A stretch of DNA of 64,000 nt, taken from Parasporobacterium sp. GTDB lineage: Bacteria; Bacillota; Clostridia; Lachnospirales; Lachnospiraceae. A program made the translations under genes and the position numbers. The stretch's first letter is position 1. Every line of letters begins with the position of its first letter. Below the pieces are notes generated by a model. It saw only the letters and a program-made list of their open reading frames with translations, had not been told where the DNA came from and did not search any database. The stretch covers positions 535 through 64,534 of the forward strand of contig JAFUBX010000014.1 in NCBI GenBank assembly GCA_017459985.1. Direction: 5' to 3'. Of the stretch, positions 9,483 through 18,726 are shown piece by piece.

Positions 9483-10514
9483 ATGAGAAGCAAACAAAAT
9501 GGAAATCATTCTATGAACAGGAAACGGGTCCTGGCAGCTGTTATGCTGATCACCATGCTGATCGGGCTGCTGCCCCGGGAGACCTTTGCCCAGTCCGGGA
9601 TCTCACCTGCCATTGCATCCACAGACGCAGGGATCGAACTAAGTTGGGAGAAGCTGGAAAGCGCCGGTCTTTACGGGATTTTCCGGAGAAGCGGCGAAGA
9701 GAAGTGGGAATGCATCGCGATCCTGGATAATGAGACGGAAGATATGAAAACCTATACGGATTCTCTGGTGGTTCCGGGGACGGACTATCTGTATGCGGTC
9801 CGGTATTTTGACCGGAATCTGCAGGGATGGAGCAGTGAAGCGGCCGTACAGACAGTACAGGGTACCTGGAATGTCACGGCGGATCAGATCCGGGCAGGGA
9901 CGGTGCTGACGGAAGCGGCAGTGGAGGCGCTGGGGACCGACACCTTCTTTTCTGTGGAAGAGATCTCAGATGCGGTCTTTGCCAGAATGTGGCTGAAATC
10001 CTTCAAGGAATACTGTACGACGCCCCGGGAGGATCTGCGCTATATAAGGTGCCTGCACAAAGATATTGACGGCAGGATCAAGGTCGGAGAACTGGTGATG
10101 AATGTGGTCGTCGCGGACAAGGTGTGTGAGATCTTCCGGAAGCTGTATGACGCCGCGTTTCCCATTGAGAGCATGATCCTGGTGGATGAGTTTGACGCGG
10201 ACGATGAGACCTCGATCATGTCCAATAACACGTCTGCCTTCAATTTCCGTATGGTGGACAATACCAATCAGATCTCCAATCATGCCTATGGACTAGCGAT
10301 CGATATCAACCCCTATTACAACGTCTATTATATTCCTTCGGAAAACTATATCTTTCCCTACGAGGGAATCCAGTATCTGGACCGGGACGCGGACTTTCCC
10401 TATAAAGTCGAACCGGGGGATCTGTGCTATCAGCTGTTTACAGAAGCGGGATTTGAATGGGGAGGCTGGTGGACCTATAATACCGACTACCAGCATTTTC
10501 AGTATGTTTACTGA
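9483..10514 (+). CDS. Secreted M15-family (VanY/D-Ala-D-Ala carboxypeptidase-like) metallopeptidase with an N-terminal Fn3-like module
   Basis: ORF 9279..10514. Plausible start at 9483, followed by the hydrophobic segment VLAAVMLITMLIGLL. Carries the SNHAYGLAIDINP and DYQHFQY metal-ligand motifs. Confidence 0.7.
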   Translation: MRSKQNGNHSMNRKRVLAAVMLITMLIGLLPRETFAQSGISPAIASTDAGIELSWEKLESAGLYGIFRRSGEEKWECIAILDNETEDMKTYTDSLVVPGTDYLYAVRYFDRNLQGWSSEAAVQTVQGTWNVTADQIRAGTVLTEAAVEALGTDTFFSVEEISDAVFARMWLKSFKEYCTTPREDLRYIRCLHKDIDGRIKVGELVMNVVVADKVCEIFRKLYDAAFPIESMILVDEFDADDETSIMSNNTSAFNFRMVDNTNQISNHAYGLAIDINPYYNVYYIPSENYIFPYEGIQYLDRDADFPYKVEPGDLCYQLFTEAGFEWGGWWTYNTDYQHFQYVY

Positions 10515-10519
10515 TTTGC

Positions 10520-11467
10520 TTATCGCTGACAGATCAGGGTGTCATCCCGGCGGATCATGGTCTGATCTCCGGGAATCAGGATCTCGTTCTCTCTCTTGAC
10601 TGCCAGGATCCGGATATTCTGGGAACGTTCGATCGCCTGAACAGACTGGCCAGCCAGAGGACTGCCGGAGCGGACCGTTTCACAGAACGTGGAAACCGAG
10701 CGATTCTCATGGGGCTTTTGGGCCAGCTGGGTATATTCTTCCACAAATCCGGCGGAAATAATACCGGTGGGAATGGCCACGGCACCGACTCCCAGAAATG
10801 TGATCAGGACAGTCATCACACGTCCCAGGATTGTGATGGGATAGATGTCGCCGTATCCGACGGTAAAGATGGTGGACAGACTCCACCAGATGCCGGAGAA
10901 CCCGTTCTGGAAGATTCCGGGCTGCGCCTCATGCTCCGCACTGTACATGCACAGGGAAGATACCAGCATCAGAAGAAAGATGATAAATACCGAGGATATG
11001 ATCTGATTCCACTTCTTCCGGAAAACGCTGGAAATGACATGGAAGGAATCATAGGTGGCATTGACTTTAAAAAGACGGAAGATCCGGACGATCCGCAGGA
11101 TCCGGAGCGCGACAAACCCGGACAGGAAAAAGAAGGGAAGGATCGTCAGCAGATCAATCACTCCGTAAAAGGATACCACGAACCGGAGAGCCGCTTTGAC
11201 GTTCCCCATGCCCGGATAGAGGTACTGCGCTGTCCACAGCCTGAGAAGATATTCCACAATAAAAATACCGATGGTGGCGGCCTCAATCCCCTCCAGAAGA
11301 GGATAATAGGGCGAGAACACATCGAAGGTTTCCATGAACAGAACGGAGATATTCAGGGCAATGCAGATCACGATGAAATAATCAAACAGCCTGCTGGGCA
11401 GGTCGTTGCGGTTTCCGATCTGAATGATCTCGAAGATTCGTTTTTTCAAAGGCTCTTTCTGCTTCAT
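10520..11467 (-). CDS. Voltage-sensor-type K+ channel with a C-terminal RCK_C (TrkA-C) domain
   Basis: S4-like LRILRIVRIFRLFK, selectivity filter TVGYGD, and a TrkA-C-like C-terminal ~70 aa. Confidence 0.8.
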   Translation of the reverse strand: MKQKEPLKKRIFEIIQIGNRNDLPSRLFDYFIVICIALNISVLFMETFDVFSPYYPLLEGIEAATIGIFIVEYLLRLWTAQYLYPGMGNVKAALRFVVSFYGVIDLLTILPFFFLSGFVALRILRIVRIFRLFKVNATYDSFHVISSVFRKKWNQIISSVFIIFLLMLVSSLCMYSAEHEAQPGIFQNGFSGIWWSLSTIFTVGYGDIYPITILGRVMTVLITFLGVGAVAIPTGIISAGFVEEYTQLAQKPHENRSVSTFCETVRSGSPLAGQSVQAIERSQNIRILAVKRENEILIPGDQTMIRRDDTLICQR

Positions 11468-11569
11468 GATCCCTTTCCTGCTGCCGGAACGCTTTGTCGG
11501 ACCGGTTCCGGACTGCTATCTGAATTTTATATAAATGAGCCCCGGATTACAAGTCATCAGAGGGAAATA

Positions 11570-11598
11570 TTGCAATCTGAATCCCATAACTTTATAAT
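11570..11598 (+). promoter_or_regulatory. Sigma-A-type promoter for the XRE-family gene
   Basis: TTGCAA (11570-11575), 17-nt spacer, TATAAT (11593-11598). Confidence 0.45.
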
Positions 11599-11630
11599 CA
11601 GTCAAAAAGGATCCGTGAGGGGAGAGCGTC

Positions 11631-12128
11631 ATGGGAAGAAAATCAATCAGAGAAAATAAATCGGTCTACATGCTGACCAGAGAACAAAACGGACTGACCC
11701 GGGAGAAAGCCAGCGAATTGATTGACGGCATTACGCCGAGCCGTCTGGAAAAGCTGGAATCCGGAAGAACCGTCGTTCAGCCGGAGGATGTGGTCATGAT
11801 GGCAAGAGCCTACAAGGAACCGGGGCTCTGTAATTATTACTGTACCCATGAATGCGCCATCGGGAAAAAGAGCACGCCGGTGCTGGAGGAAAAGGACCTT
11901 CCCCAGATCGCGATTGAAATGGTCAACCGGATCTCGGAACTGTATCAGCAGAAGGAACTGCTGCTGCATATCGCGGAGGACGGAACGGTCTCCGAGGACG
12001 AATATGCGGAGTTCTCCGGACTGAAACAGATGATCGACAAACTGACTGTTTCTGCTCAGACCCTGCAGCTGTGGCTGGAAAAAGCCGCTGCCACCGGAGA
12101 AGTGGATCAGGATCTGATCTCCGGCTGA
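11631..12128 (+). CDS. XRE-family helix-turn-helix protein with a Cys-rich segment
   Basis: N-terminal HTH region (LTREKASELIDGITPSRLEKLESG) followed by CNYYCTHEC. RBS GAGGGGAG. Confidence 0.6.
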   Translation: MGRKSIRENKSVYMLTREQNGLTREKASELIDGITPSRLEKLESGRTVVQPEDVVMMARAYKEPGLCNYYCTHECAIGKKSTPVLEEKDLPQIAIEMVNRISELYQQKELLLHIAEDGTVSEDEYAEFSGLKQMIDKLTVSAQTLQLWLEKAAATGEVDQDLISG

Positions 12129-12139
12129 GCGCTTCGTAT

Positions 12140-13444
12140 TTACATGGAAGAACGATTGTCCTGAATCTCTTTCAGGACTTTTTCTCTTCGTTTCAGAACT
12201 TCTTCGCTCTTCGGCTGGATATCTCCGGATTTTGTGAGGGCGATCTTCGTGATGGTAGGTCCGATCAGCTCATAGACAAGGACCGCGAACAGCGTCAGGG
12301 AGCGGACCAGTGTGCCGGTTTCTCCCAGGATCTGGGAGGCGGTCAGAGACATACCCAGTGCGACCCCTGCCTGGGGGAATAGAGTGAAGCCCAGATATTT
12401 GTTGACCTGGGGCCTGCAGTGGACCAGACGGGCACTGACCGATGCGCCGACATATTTCCCCAGAGCCCGGAATACAATATAGATCACTCCGATGATCACC
12501 ACGAACACATCGGAGAACATATCAAATCTCAATGACGCCCCGCTCAGCACAAAAAACAGGCAGTACAGCGGGGAAGTCCATTTATCAGCCCGCTCCATCA
12601 TCTCTTCCGCCACCGGGCAGGCATTGCAGAAGATCGTGCCGAGCATCATACAGACCAGTAGGGAAGAAAATCCGATCTTCACAGGACCGACCGGGATCTC
12701 CAGCATGGACAGGGCTGTAGTGACCATGACTCCGCTGACGATGAAGATCATACGGTTCTTATTGGAGTTGAACCACCGCTCCAGTCCCGCAAGAATGAAT
12801 CCGAAAACGGCTCCCAGTACCAGGGACATGAAGATCTGGATAATGGGATTGATCACGATGGAATAGATATCGATCTCTCCGCCCAGCAAGCCCTTGACGA
12901 TTCCGGAGGCGATGGCAAAGCAGACCAGGGCAATGGCGTCATCCAGAGCGACCACGGGAAGCAGGATCTCCGTGACGGCGCCCTTGGCCTTGAACTGACG
13001 TACCACCAGCAAGGTGGCGGCGGGGGCTGTCGCGGAAGCAATGGCGCCCATCAGGATCGCCATGGGCAGAGACACCTTTCCGGGAAGGATGAAATACAGG
13101 ATCAGCAGGATCCCGGTGACGAATACCACAGCAGTCAGGGCTTCGGAAAGACCGATGATCACCGCCTGTTTTCCCACCTTACGGAGCTTCGGCAGCATGA
13201 ATTCGGTACCGATCGCAAAGGCGATGAATCCAAGGGCCAGGGATGAGATCAGGTCCAGGTTGGAGATTGCTTCATAGGAAGTGAATCCCAGTCCTTCAAT
13301 CCCGATCCGGCCTAAAAAACAGGGACCGATCAGGATCCCTGCGATCAGATATGCGGTAACATCCGGCATGTTGAACAATTTGGTTACACGGGTCATCATG
13401 ACCCCGGCAAACATTGCAATCGCAATTGAAATAAATAAAGCCAT
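12140..13444 (-). CDS. Cation:proton antiporter (CPA2 / Na+/H+ exchanger family)
   Basis: 434 aa with about 12 TM segments and a typical N-terminus (...VTAYLIAGILIGP...). Lies 5 nt downstream of the DHHW gene on the same strand. Confidence 0.85.
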   Translation of the reverse strand: MALFISIAIAMFAGVMMTRVTKLFNMPDVTAYLIAGILIGPCFLGRIGIEGLGFTSYEAISNLDLISSLALGFIAFAIGTEFMLPKLRKVGKQAVIIGLSEALTAVVFVTGILLILYFILPGKVSLPMAILMGAIASATAPAATLLVVRQFKAKGAVTEILLPVVALDDAIALVCFAIASGIVKGLLGGEIDIYSIVINPIIQIFMSLVLGAVFGFILAGLERWFNSNKNRMIFIVSGVMVTTALSMLEIPVGPVKIGFSSLLVCMMLGTIFCNACPVAEEMMERADKWTSPLYCLFFVLSGASLRFDMFSDVFVVIIGVIYIVFRALGKYVGASVSARLVHCRPQVNKYLGFTLFPQAGVALGMSLTASQILGETGTLVRSLTLFAVLVYELIGPTITKIALTKSGDIQPKSEEVLKRREKVLKEIQDNRSSM

Positions 13445-13449
13445 AATTA

Positions 13450-15342
13450 CTATTCGTCCTCGTAATAACTGTTATCTTCGTAATCGGAATCTTCGCTGTA
13501 CCAGCCGGCATCTTCCCCTGCGGGATCCTCCCAGTCCATGCCGTCTCCCGCGGGATTTTCCCAGCCAGTGTCCTCCCAACCGGCGTCCTGCCAGTCCGTC
13601 TCCTCCCAGCCGGGGGTATCTTCTGAGATGTCCTCTTCTGCGGCAGGATCCCAGTCCGTGCCGTCTCCGGCAGCATCTTCCCAATCGATGTCCTCCCAGC
13701 CAGCGTCCTGCCAGTCCATGTCCTCCCAACCGGTATTATCCCAGCTTTCGTAATCCTGCGCCGGAGGATCATAATTCCATCCGCTGTCCACCGTCTCCTC
13801 TGTCGGAATCTCCGGGGACTTAATTTCCTGGATCTCCGGATAATTCCCCGAATCTTCTTCCAGATCCGGATTCTCTCCGGCGGCCGGATGAGCGGGCGGC
13901 GCCTGGTCCAGAACTGCAGCCTCCAGGTTGGAGTAAGTAATGTATTCCAGGAGTTCCGCATTCGTATCGGAAAGGGTGCCGTAACTTTGTGCAAACAGAA
14001 GGTCTGTGATCTGCAGCTCGTTGATGAAATTGATCAGGTTCAGCTCAAAGTAACGCAGATCCACGACATAAATCTCTTCATAGGAGCTGGTCAGGAACGG
14101 GACCAGAGCATTTCCGAAACTGTCCTTTACCAGAAGAAGCTTCCGGTGATTGTCCACATCCGTAGTGATCCGGATGATCTGGTCGTCTTTTCCGAAAAGC
14201 ACGTTGTAGGAATCCGAGACAGAGGTATTGAAATACAGCCCGTCTGTAAACAGATACTGAAAATTCCTGTCGTAATAATCCACGGTATACCCGTTTGATG
14301 GGATATAATACACGAAATTCTCCGCATCATCAAGAAGTTTAGTATCCCCGGTCAGCGCATACATGGACCCGGTGTAGTCTGCCCGGACTTTCCGGCGGTA
14401 AGCCTCCATCCCCGCGAAGGGCACGCCGGCAATCCGCGTGAAATCCCGGGCGGCATAATAGGCCGCCAGACTGGTCCAGTGACTGTCTGTCCGCAGATAG
14501 ATGGTTTCCGCATTGTGGTTGTTCAGAGTATCGATGAGATCGATGTCCTTCACCCGGCTGATCAGTTTGATCGACAGACTCCGGAAGGTGTCCTTCATGT
14601 CCGTATTCTGACTCTCATAATTGGAAGGCGTATAGAACTGAGAGGCGAGAGGAATCGGCATCACGAAGATATTGACATCGGTATTGACCATCTGCCGGAT
14701 ATAATTGATGGTTTCCGCATACAGCGAAGGATCTTCCGCAGTATACAGAGAAAAGGCCCGCCAGTGGTTGTCCTGCTGTACCATGAGGAAGCCGTTCTGC
14801 ATGTAGGCAGTCCGGTTCTCCACATGATAATTTTTACTTTTCACCACATCCAGATAGGAGTCTTCCGCCTGGTCTGCGGATCCATCCTGAGAAGCGGAAC
14901 GGCGGATCCGTCCGGAGGCTTCTCCTGCTTCCTCCACGGGAAGGGCATCCATCCCGAGCAGGGAGCCGGCGGTGATCCCGGCAGTCTCAAATCCTTTGAG
15001 AGAGGCTGTCCGGGCAGTGTAATACCCGGCAATCTCCTTGGCATAATCTCCGGAAAAATATTCATCAAAAGATAATATCGGCCAGGAAGGTTCCGAAGCG
15101 TCCGCCTCTTTCAGGGAACTGAAGGCGGGCAGAACCAGGAGAAGGACCGCGCAGGCGAGTAAAACAGCAAAGAAAACCAGAACCATACCGGTGGTCAGAG
15201 CATGGAACTTCTTTTGCCGGATACGGTTTTGGGAGGACCTGTCAGGCAGGTCCGTCAGCGGAAACGTCAGATCAGGCTGACTGACAGGTTCCGTGATCTC
15301 TTCCATATTTGAAGGTTTCAGGTTTTTTGCATGTCGAATCAT
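13450..15342 (-). CDS. DHHW-family (AlgX/AlgJ-like) extracytoplasmic O-acyltransferase partner with a long acidic Trp-rich C-terminal tail
   Basis: N-terminal TM anchor, RTDSHWTSLAAYYAA (DHHW-type motif), directly downstream of an MBOAT gene. Confidence 0.75.
   Translation of the reverse strand: MIRHAKNLKPSNMEEITEPVSQPDLTFPLTDLPDRSSQNRIRQKKFHALTTGMVLVFFAVLLACAVLLLVLPAFSSLKEADASEPSWPILSFDEYFSGDYAKEIAGYYTARTASLKGFETAGITAGSLLGMDALPVEEAGEASGRIRRSASQDGSADQAEDSYLDVVKSKNYHVENRTAYMQNGFLMVQQDNHWRAFSLYTAEDPSLYAETINYIRQMVNTDVNIFVMPIPLASQFYTPSNYESQNTDMKDTFRSLSIKLISRVKDIDLIDTLNNHNAETIYLRTDSHWTSLAAYYAARDFTRIAGVPFAGMEAYRRKVRADYTGSMYALTGDTKLLDDAENFVYYIPSNGYTVDYYDRNFQYLFTDGLYFNTSVSDSYNVLFGKDDQIIRITTDVDNHRKLLLVKDSFGNALVPFLTSSYEEIYVVDLRYFELNLINFINELQITDLLFAQSYGTLSDTNAELLEYITYSNLEAAVLDQAPPAHPAAGENPDLEEDSGNYPEIQEIKSPEIPTEETVDSGWNYDPPAQDYESWDNTGWEDMDWQDAGWEDIDWEDAAGDGTDWDPAAEEDISEDTPGWEETDWQDAGWEDTGWENPAGDGMDWEDPAGEDAGWYSEDSDYEDNSYYEDE
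13510..13716 (-). repeat. In-frame tandem repeat inside the DHHW gene (two 29-aa units separated by 11 aa)
   Basis: DWQDAGWEDIDWEDAAGDGTDWDPAAEED and DWQDAGWEDTGWENPAGDGMDWEDPAGED, embedded in a wider W/D/E-rich tail (about 13453-13790). Confidence 0.85.
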
Positions 15343-15351
15343 GAGTCTGTC

Positions 15352-16722
15352 CTATAATTTCCAATAAAGTAAGGAGCCTGCGCTGCCGTCTGCAAGAAAA
15401 AGGGTGCAGACCGCCAGAAGCAGGATACAGCCTGCCATCTGCAGGATCAGGGTCCGTTTGTACACGGCATCATTTTTGCTGTTTAAAAAGGGCTCTGTGA
15501 TCCGTTTTCTGACCGGGGCACAAAGGATAATTGCCGGGATGAGCAGGATGAGACTGCCCGTCAGGGACTGAAGGGCAGCCGGATCTGTCAGGCCGGCACT
15601 GCCTGTGAACAGGCTGATTCCGAAGAGATTCCGGAAGAAACCGCCGAGCTTTCGCATATCGTCAAAATAGAGAATTCCGAATCCGATCAGAATCACAAGC
15701 TTTGTATAGATATGTTTGATCCATACCGGGATTCTCCGGATCCGTTCCTCCCCGAGCAACTGCTCCAGCAGGAGGAACAGACCGTGAAACAAGCCCCACA
15801 AAAGGCCATTCCAGGCGGCTGTATGCCAGAGTCCCATGAGGACCCAGACCAGGCACAAAGCAAGAGATTTATGAAACCGCCGGGCGACCGACGGAAACAG
15901 GTAGTCTCCGAAAAAGGTTCCCAGGGATACATACCATCTCTGCCAGAATTCCGTAATGGTCCGGCACATATACGGATGATCAAAATTTTCCTTCAGATGG
16001 AATCCGAAGAGCCGGGACAGGCCGATGGCAATATCGGAAAATCCGCTGAGCTCAAAATAAAGATACAGGGTAAAGCAGAGCAGAGCATACCAGGCGCCGA
16101 GAACGGACAGGCCGGAAAACGAGCTGTCGAAAAAGGTATCGGCGATCGGCAGCAGATGCCCAGCAAACACGATGATCTTGGTCAGACCCGTAACAAGACG
16201 AAGGATCCCCTCATAAATATCGGAAGCGGATATGGTCCGGCTTTCCAGACGGGATTCCATGTCCCGATATCGTTCGACAGGACCGCCCATGATCCGGGGA
16301 AACATGCAGAAATACAGCAGGAAAAGATAGAACCGGTCCTGCGGTTCGATCCGGTCCCGGTAACAGTCAATTACATAGGAGATGGCCTGAAGGGTGTAAA
16401 TACTGATACCCAAAGGGAAGGGATTGACGACCCCGGTGTATTTGAAGACAACCAGCAGAAGAATATCCACGGCTACTGCGAAGATCATCAGGATCCTGCC
16501 CAGGGATTCCATACGGAAGCGGTGGGCGTTGACTCCCAGAAACCAGTTAAATACAGCGCTGAACAAAAGGATCAGGATCCACAGGGGTTCTCCCCAGGCA
16601 TAAAAGATCAGGGAGAACAGGATCAGGATAAGATTCCTGATAAAAATCGAATTGAAAAAATAATAGAGAATCAGGCAGAGGGGCAGAAAACCGTATAAGA
16701 ATATAAGATTCGCATAACCCAT
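15352..16722 (-). CDS. MBOAT-family membrane O-acyltransferase (AlgI/DltB/PatA-like)
   Basis: 456 aa polytopic protein with the typical MBOAT C-terminal half (ITEFWQRWYVSLGTFF...WHTAAWN). Confidence 0.9.
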   Translation of the reverse strand: MGYANLIFLYGFLPLCLILYYFFNSIFIRNLILILFSLIFYAWGEPLWILILLFSAVFNWFLGVNAHRFRMESLGRILMIFAVAVDILLLVVFKYTGVVNPFPLGISIYTLQAISYVIDCYRDRIEPQDRFYLFLLYFCMFPRIMGGPVERYRDMESRLESRTISASDIYEGILRLVTGLTKIIVFAGHLLPIADTFFDSSFSGLSVLGAWYALLCFTLYLYFELSGFSDIAIGLSRLFGFHLKENFDHPYMCRTITEFWQRWYVSLGTFFGDYLFPSVARRFHKSLALCLVWVLMGLWHTAAWNGLLWGLFHGLFLLLEQLLGEERIRRIPVWIKHIYTKLVILIGFGILYFDDMRKLGGFFRNLFGISLFTGSAGLTDPAALQSLTGSLILLIPAIILCAPVRKRITEPFLNSKNDAVYKRTLILQMAGCILLLAVCTLFLADGSAGSLLYWKL

Positions 16723-16786
16723 TACATGTACCTCTGTCTTTTAGCAGTAAAAAACAGCAATCATGCTGTTATAGTTAAGTCCTATA

Positions 16787-16815
16787 ATTATAAAATTTTC
16801 CTATGCATACGTCAA
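16787..16815 (-). promoter_or_regulatory. Sigma-A-type promoter for the MBOAT-DHHW-antiporter unit
   Basis: On the minus strand: TTGACG (16815-16810), 17-nt spacer, TATAAT (16792-16787). Confidence 0.5.
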
Positions 16816-16816
16816 G

Positions 16817-16851
16817 GCAAAGAAACAGGTGCCGCCTTCCGGCAGCACCTG
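16817..16851 (-). terminator. Rho-independent terminator after the secreted-protein gene
   Basis: GC-rich hairpin 16826-16851 (10 of 11 positions paired, 4-nt loop), followed on the minus strand by TTTCTTT. Confidence 0.6.
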
Positions 16852-16938
16852 AATAATTACTGAAACTGAGATTTCCGGGCCAAATCCTTATTAATCGGCA
16901 GTTCCCTTAAATAACAGCCCCCTTAGTTGGTAGTTGCC

Positions 16939-18726
16939 TTATGCGGCAGTTACCAGGATCTCGCCCTCCCAGGTACCGCCGGCTGCAGGATCAATTTCCT
17001 CGCCGTTGACCGTAACGGTTCCGTTGATCGTGCCGCCTTCTTCCACCGTCAGGATGTCGATGCAGGAGTCGCCGGTCACATTCCATACGGAATCCGCATC
17101 GATAACCAGGGCTGCGGTCATCCCTTCGCCGGTGAAATAAGTCTCCGGATCCAGGATCCAGTAGCAGTAGGAATCTTCCTTGCATTCCTCTGACCAGAGC
17201 GCATCCCATGCGTCCTTGTCCATGGTGACATAGGCGCCGCTCCAGGTGGAATGATCCAGTGTCACAACGCAGTTTCTCTGGTAATCAAAATGTTTGACAT
17301 CTCCCTGAATCTCCGAATCGGCAATGGTCAGTTCTGTGCCTTTGCCGGTCATGTCGTTATCGGCATGGGCATAGCGGCTCATGCTGTCGGAATTGAGTAC
17401 TGTCTGCAGCAGGGTATCCGAGTAGCTTTCTGCCGTGACATTGTGCAGGGTGATATAGGAACTGGTGGATTTCACCAGGAAATTGGCTCCCTTTACGAAA
17501 TCAATGTATTCTCCCAATGCGGGACCGTAGTCTTCATACCAGTCGACGAGAGTTGCATTTGCATCCAGCTCCTCGCTGGTCACGATTCTGGTATCATACA
17601 GATCCACGACTGCATGATAATCACTGCCGGCTCCGGAACCCATCATATCCGGGGAGTGGAGCTGGAAATCATTACTGCCGGCTTCCACCAGGTTGCCGCC
17701 GTCCCGCTCCAGGTATCCTTCTGATACTTCATAGTCCTCAGGCAGGAATTCCAGAGCTTCCTCACTGGCATCCGCACCGTTCAGCATATGGATCTCGCCA
17801 TTGTTGGACAGGATCGCCCCGATCTCCGCGCCGGACAGAACAGAAGCATAGAACCAGTCTACGATTGACGTATCCGCATAGGTACCGTAGCCGCCCTTCA
17901 GTCCTTTGCCAATGGAGTCATAGCTGTAGAAGGAAAATCCGTTGTTTGCGGAGTCTGTGGACATTGCTGCCCATCCTTCGGTCTCAACATAGGAACCATA
18001 ATAATAGGTATGGGATCTTCCGTAGGACATATTTGCCCTGGCGTATCCGGAGATGGAAAGTGCGGCATTGGACGGAGGGTCTGCGATGTCGGCGGTATAT
18101 CCTTCCGGATCACCGGTCAGCCCGGTCTGGATAATATTGGAATTGATTACGACCAGAGTTCCTTCGGATTCTGCATCAACGGTATAATTGCCGGCACGAC
18201 CGCCCTTTCCGTTGTTGGTAAAATCACAGTTGATCAGTGTCAGCATTCCGCCGGAAACACCGGCGCAGTAGCCGCCGGTGGCATTCGGATCCACATCTTC
18301 CGTTACGTTGGCGGTAATCACGCTGTCCCTGATCGTATAGTCTCCGCCGGTCACCTTGAATCCGTTTGCGGAGAAGCTGTTGATCGTAAGGTTGATCCCT
18401 GCAGCTTCCTTGTCGCCGACCTCTCCGGTCAGTACATAATCTCCGGCCTCCTCATCGATGGTCAGGCCATCTTCGGAAATGGTGAAGATCGTTGTGGCAG
18501 CAGCTCCTTCTGAATCTCCCGGGCCCCCGCCGGAACCGCCGCCGGGACCTCCCGGACCGCCAGTGTTCATGGACATGGAAGCATCTCCTGCGGATTCCTC
18601 TACCGGAGATTCCCCTGCCGGCGACTCGCCCTCCGGCGAATCCCCCTCAGGGCCCGCAAATGCGGTCAGTGCAAAGACCATGCACAACGCCAGAAGCAGT
18701 GCAAGAAATTTCAGTGCTTTCTTCAT
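16939..18726 (-). CDS. Secreted protein of unknown function (signal peptide, G/P/E/S-rich linker, possibly beta-helix-like body)
   Basis: ORF 16939..18975. Preferred start is 18726 (MKKALKFLALLLALCMVFALTAFA) behind AGGGAGAAACC. I recognise no catalytic motif. Confidence 0.6.
   Translation of the reverse strand: MKKALKFLALLLALCMVFALTAFAGPEGDSPEGESPAGESPVEESAGDASMSMNTGGPGGPGGGSGGGPGDSEGAAATTIFTISEDGLTIDEEAGDYVLTGEVGDKEAAGINLTINSFSANGFKVTGGDYTIRDSVITANVTEDVDPNATGGYCAGVSGGMLTLINCDFTNNGKGGRAGNYTVDAESEGTLVVINSNIIQTGLTGDPEGYTADIADPPSNAALSISGYARANMSYGRSHTYYYGSYVETEGWAAMSTDSANNGFSFYSYDSIGKGLKGGYGTYADTSIVDWFYASVLSGAEIGAILSNNGEIHMLNGADASEEALEFLPEDYEVSEGYLERDGGNLVEAGSNDFQLHSPDMMGSGAGSDYHAVVDLYDTRIVTSEELDANATLVDWYEDYGPALGEYIDFVKGANFLVKSTSSYITLHNVTAESYSDTLLQTVLNSDSMSRYAHADNDMTGKGTELTIADSEIQGDVKHFDYQRNCVVTLDHSTWSGAYVTMDKDAWDALWSEECKEDSYCYWILDPETYFTGEGMTAALVIDADSVWNVTGDSCIDILTVEEGGTINGTVTVNGEEIDPAAGGTWEGEILVTAA

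Noticed and set aside
13281-13823. Plus-strand ORF encoding a Pro/Ser/Arg-rich repeat protein.
   Set aside because: It is the mirror image of the W/D/E tandem repeats of the minus-strand DHHW gene. The repeat periodicity is inherited from the real frame.
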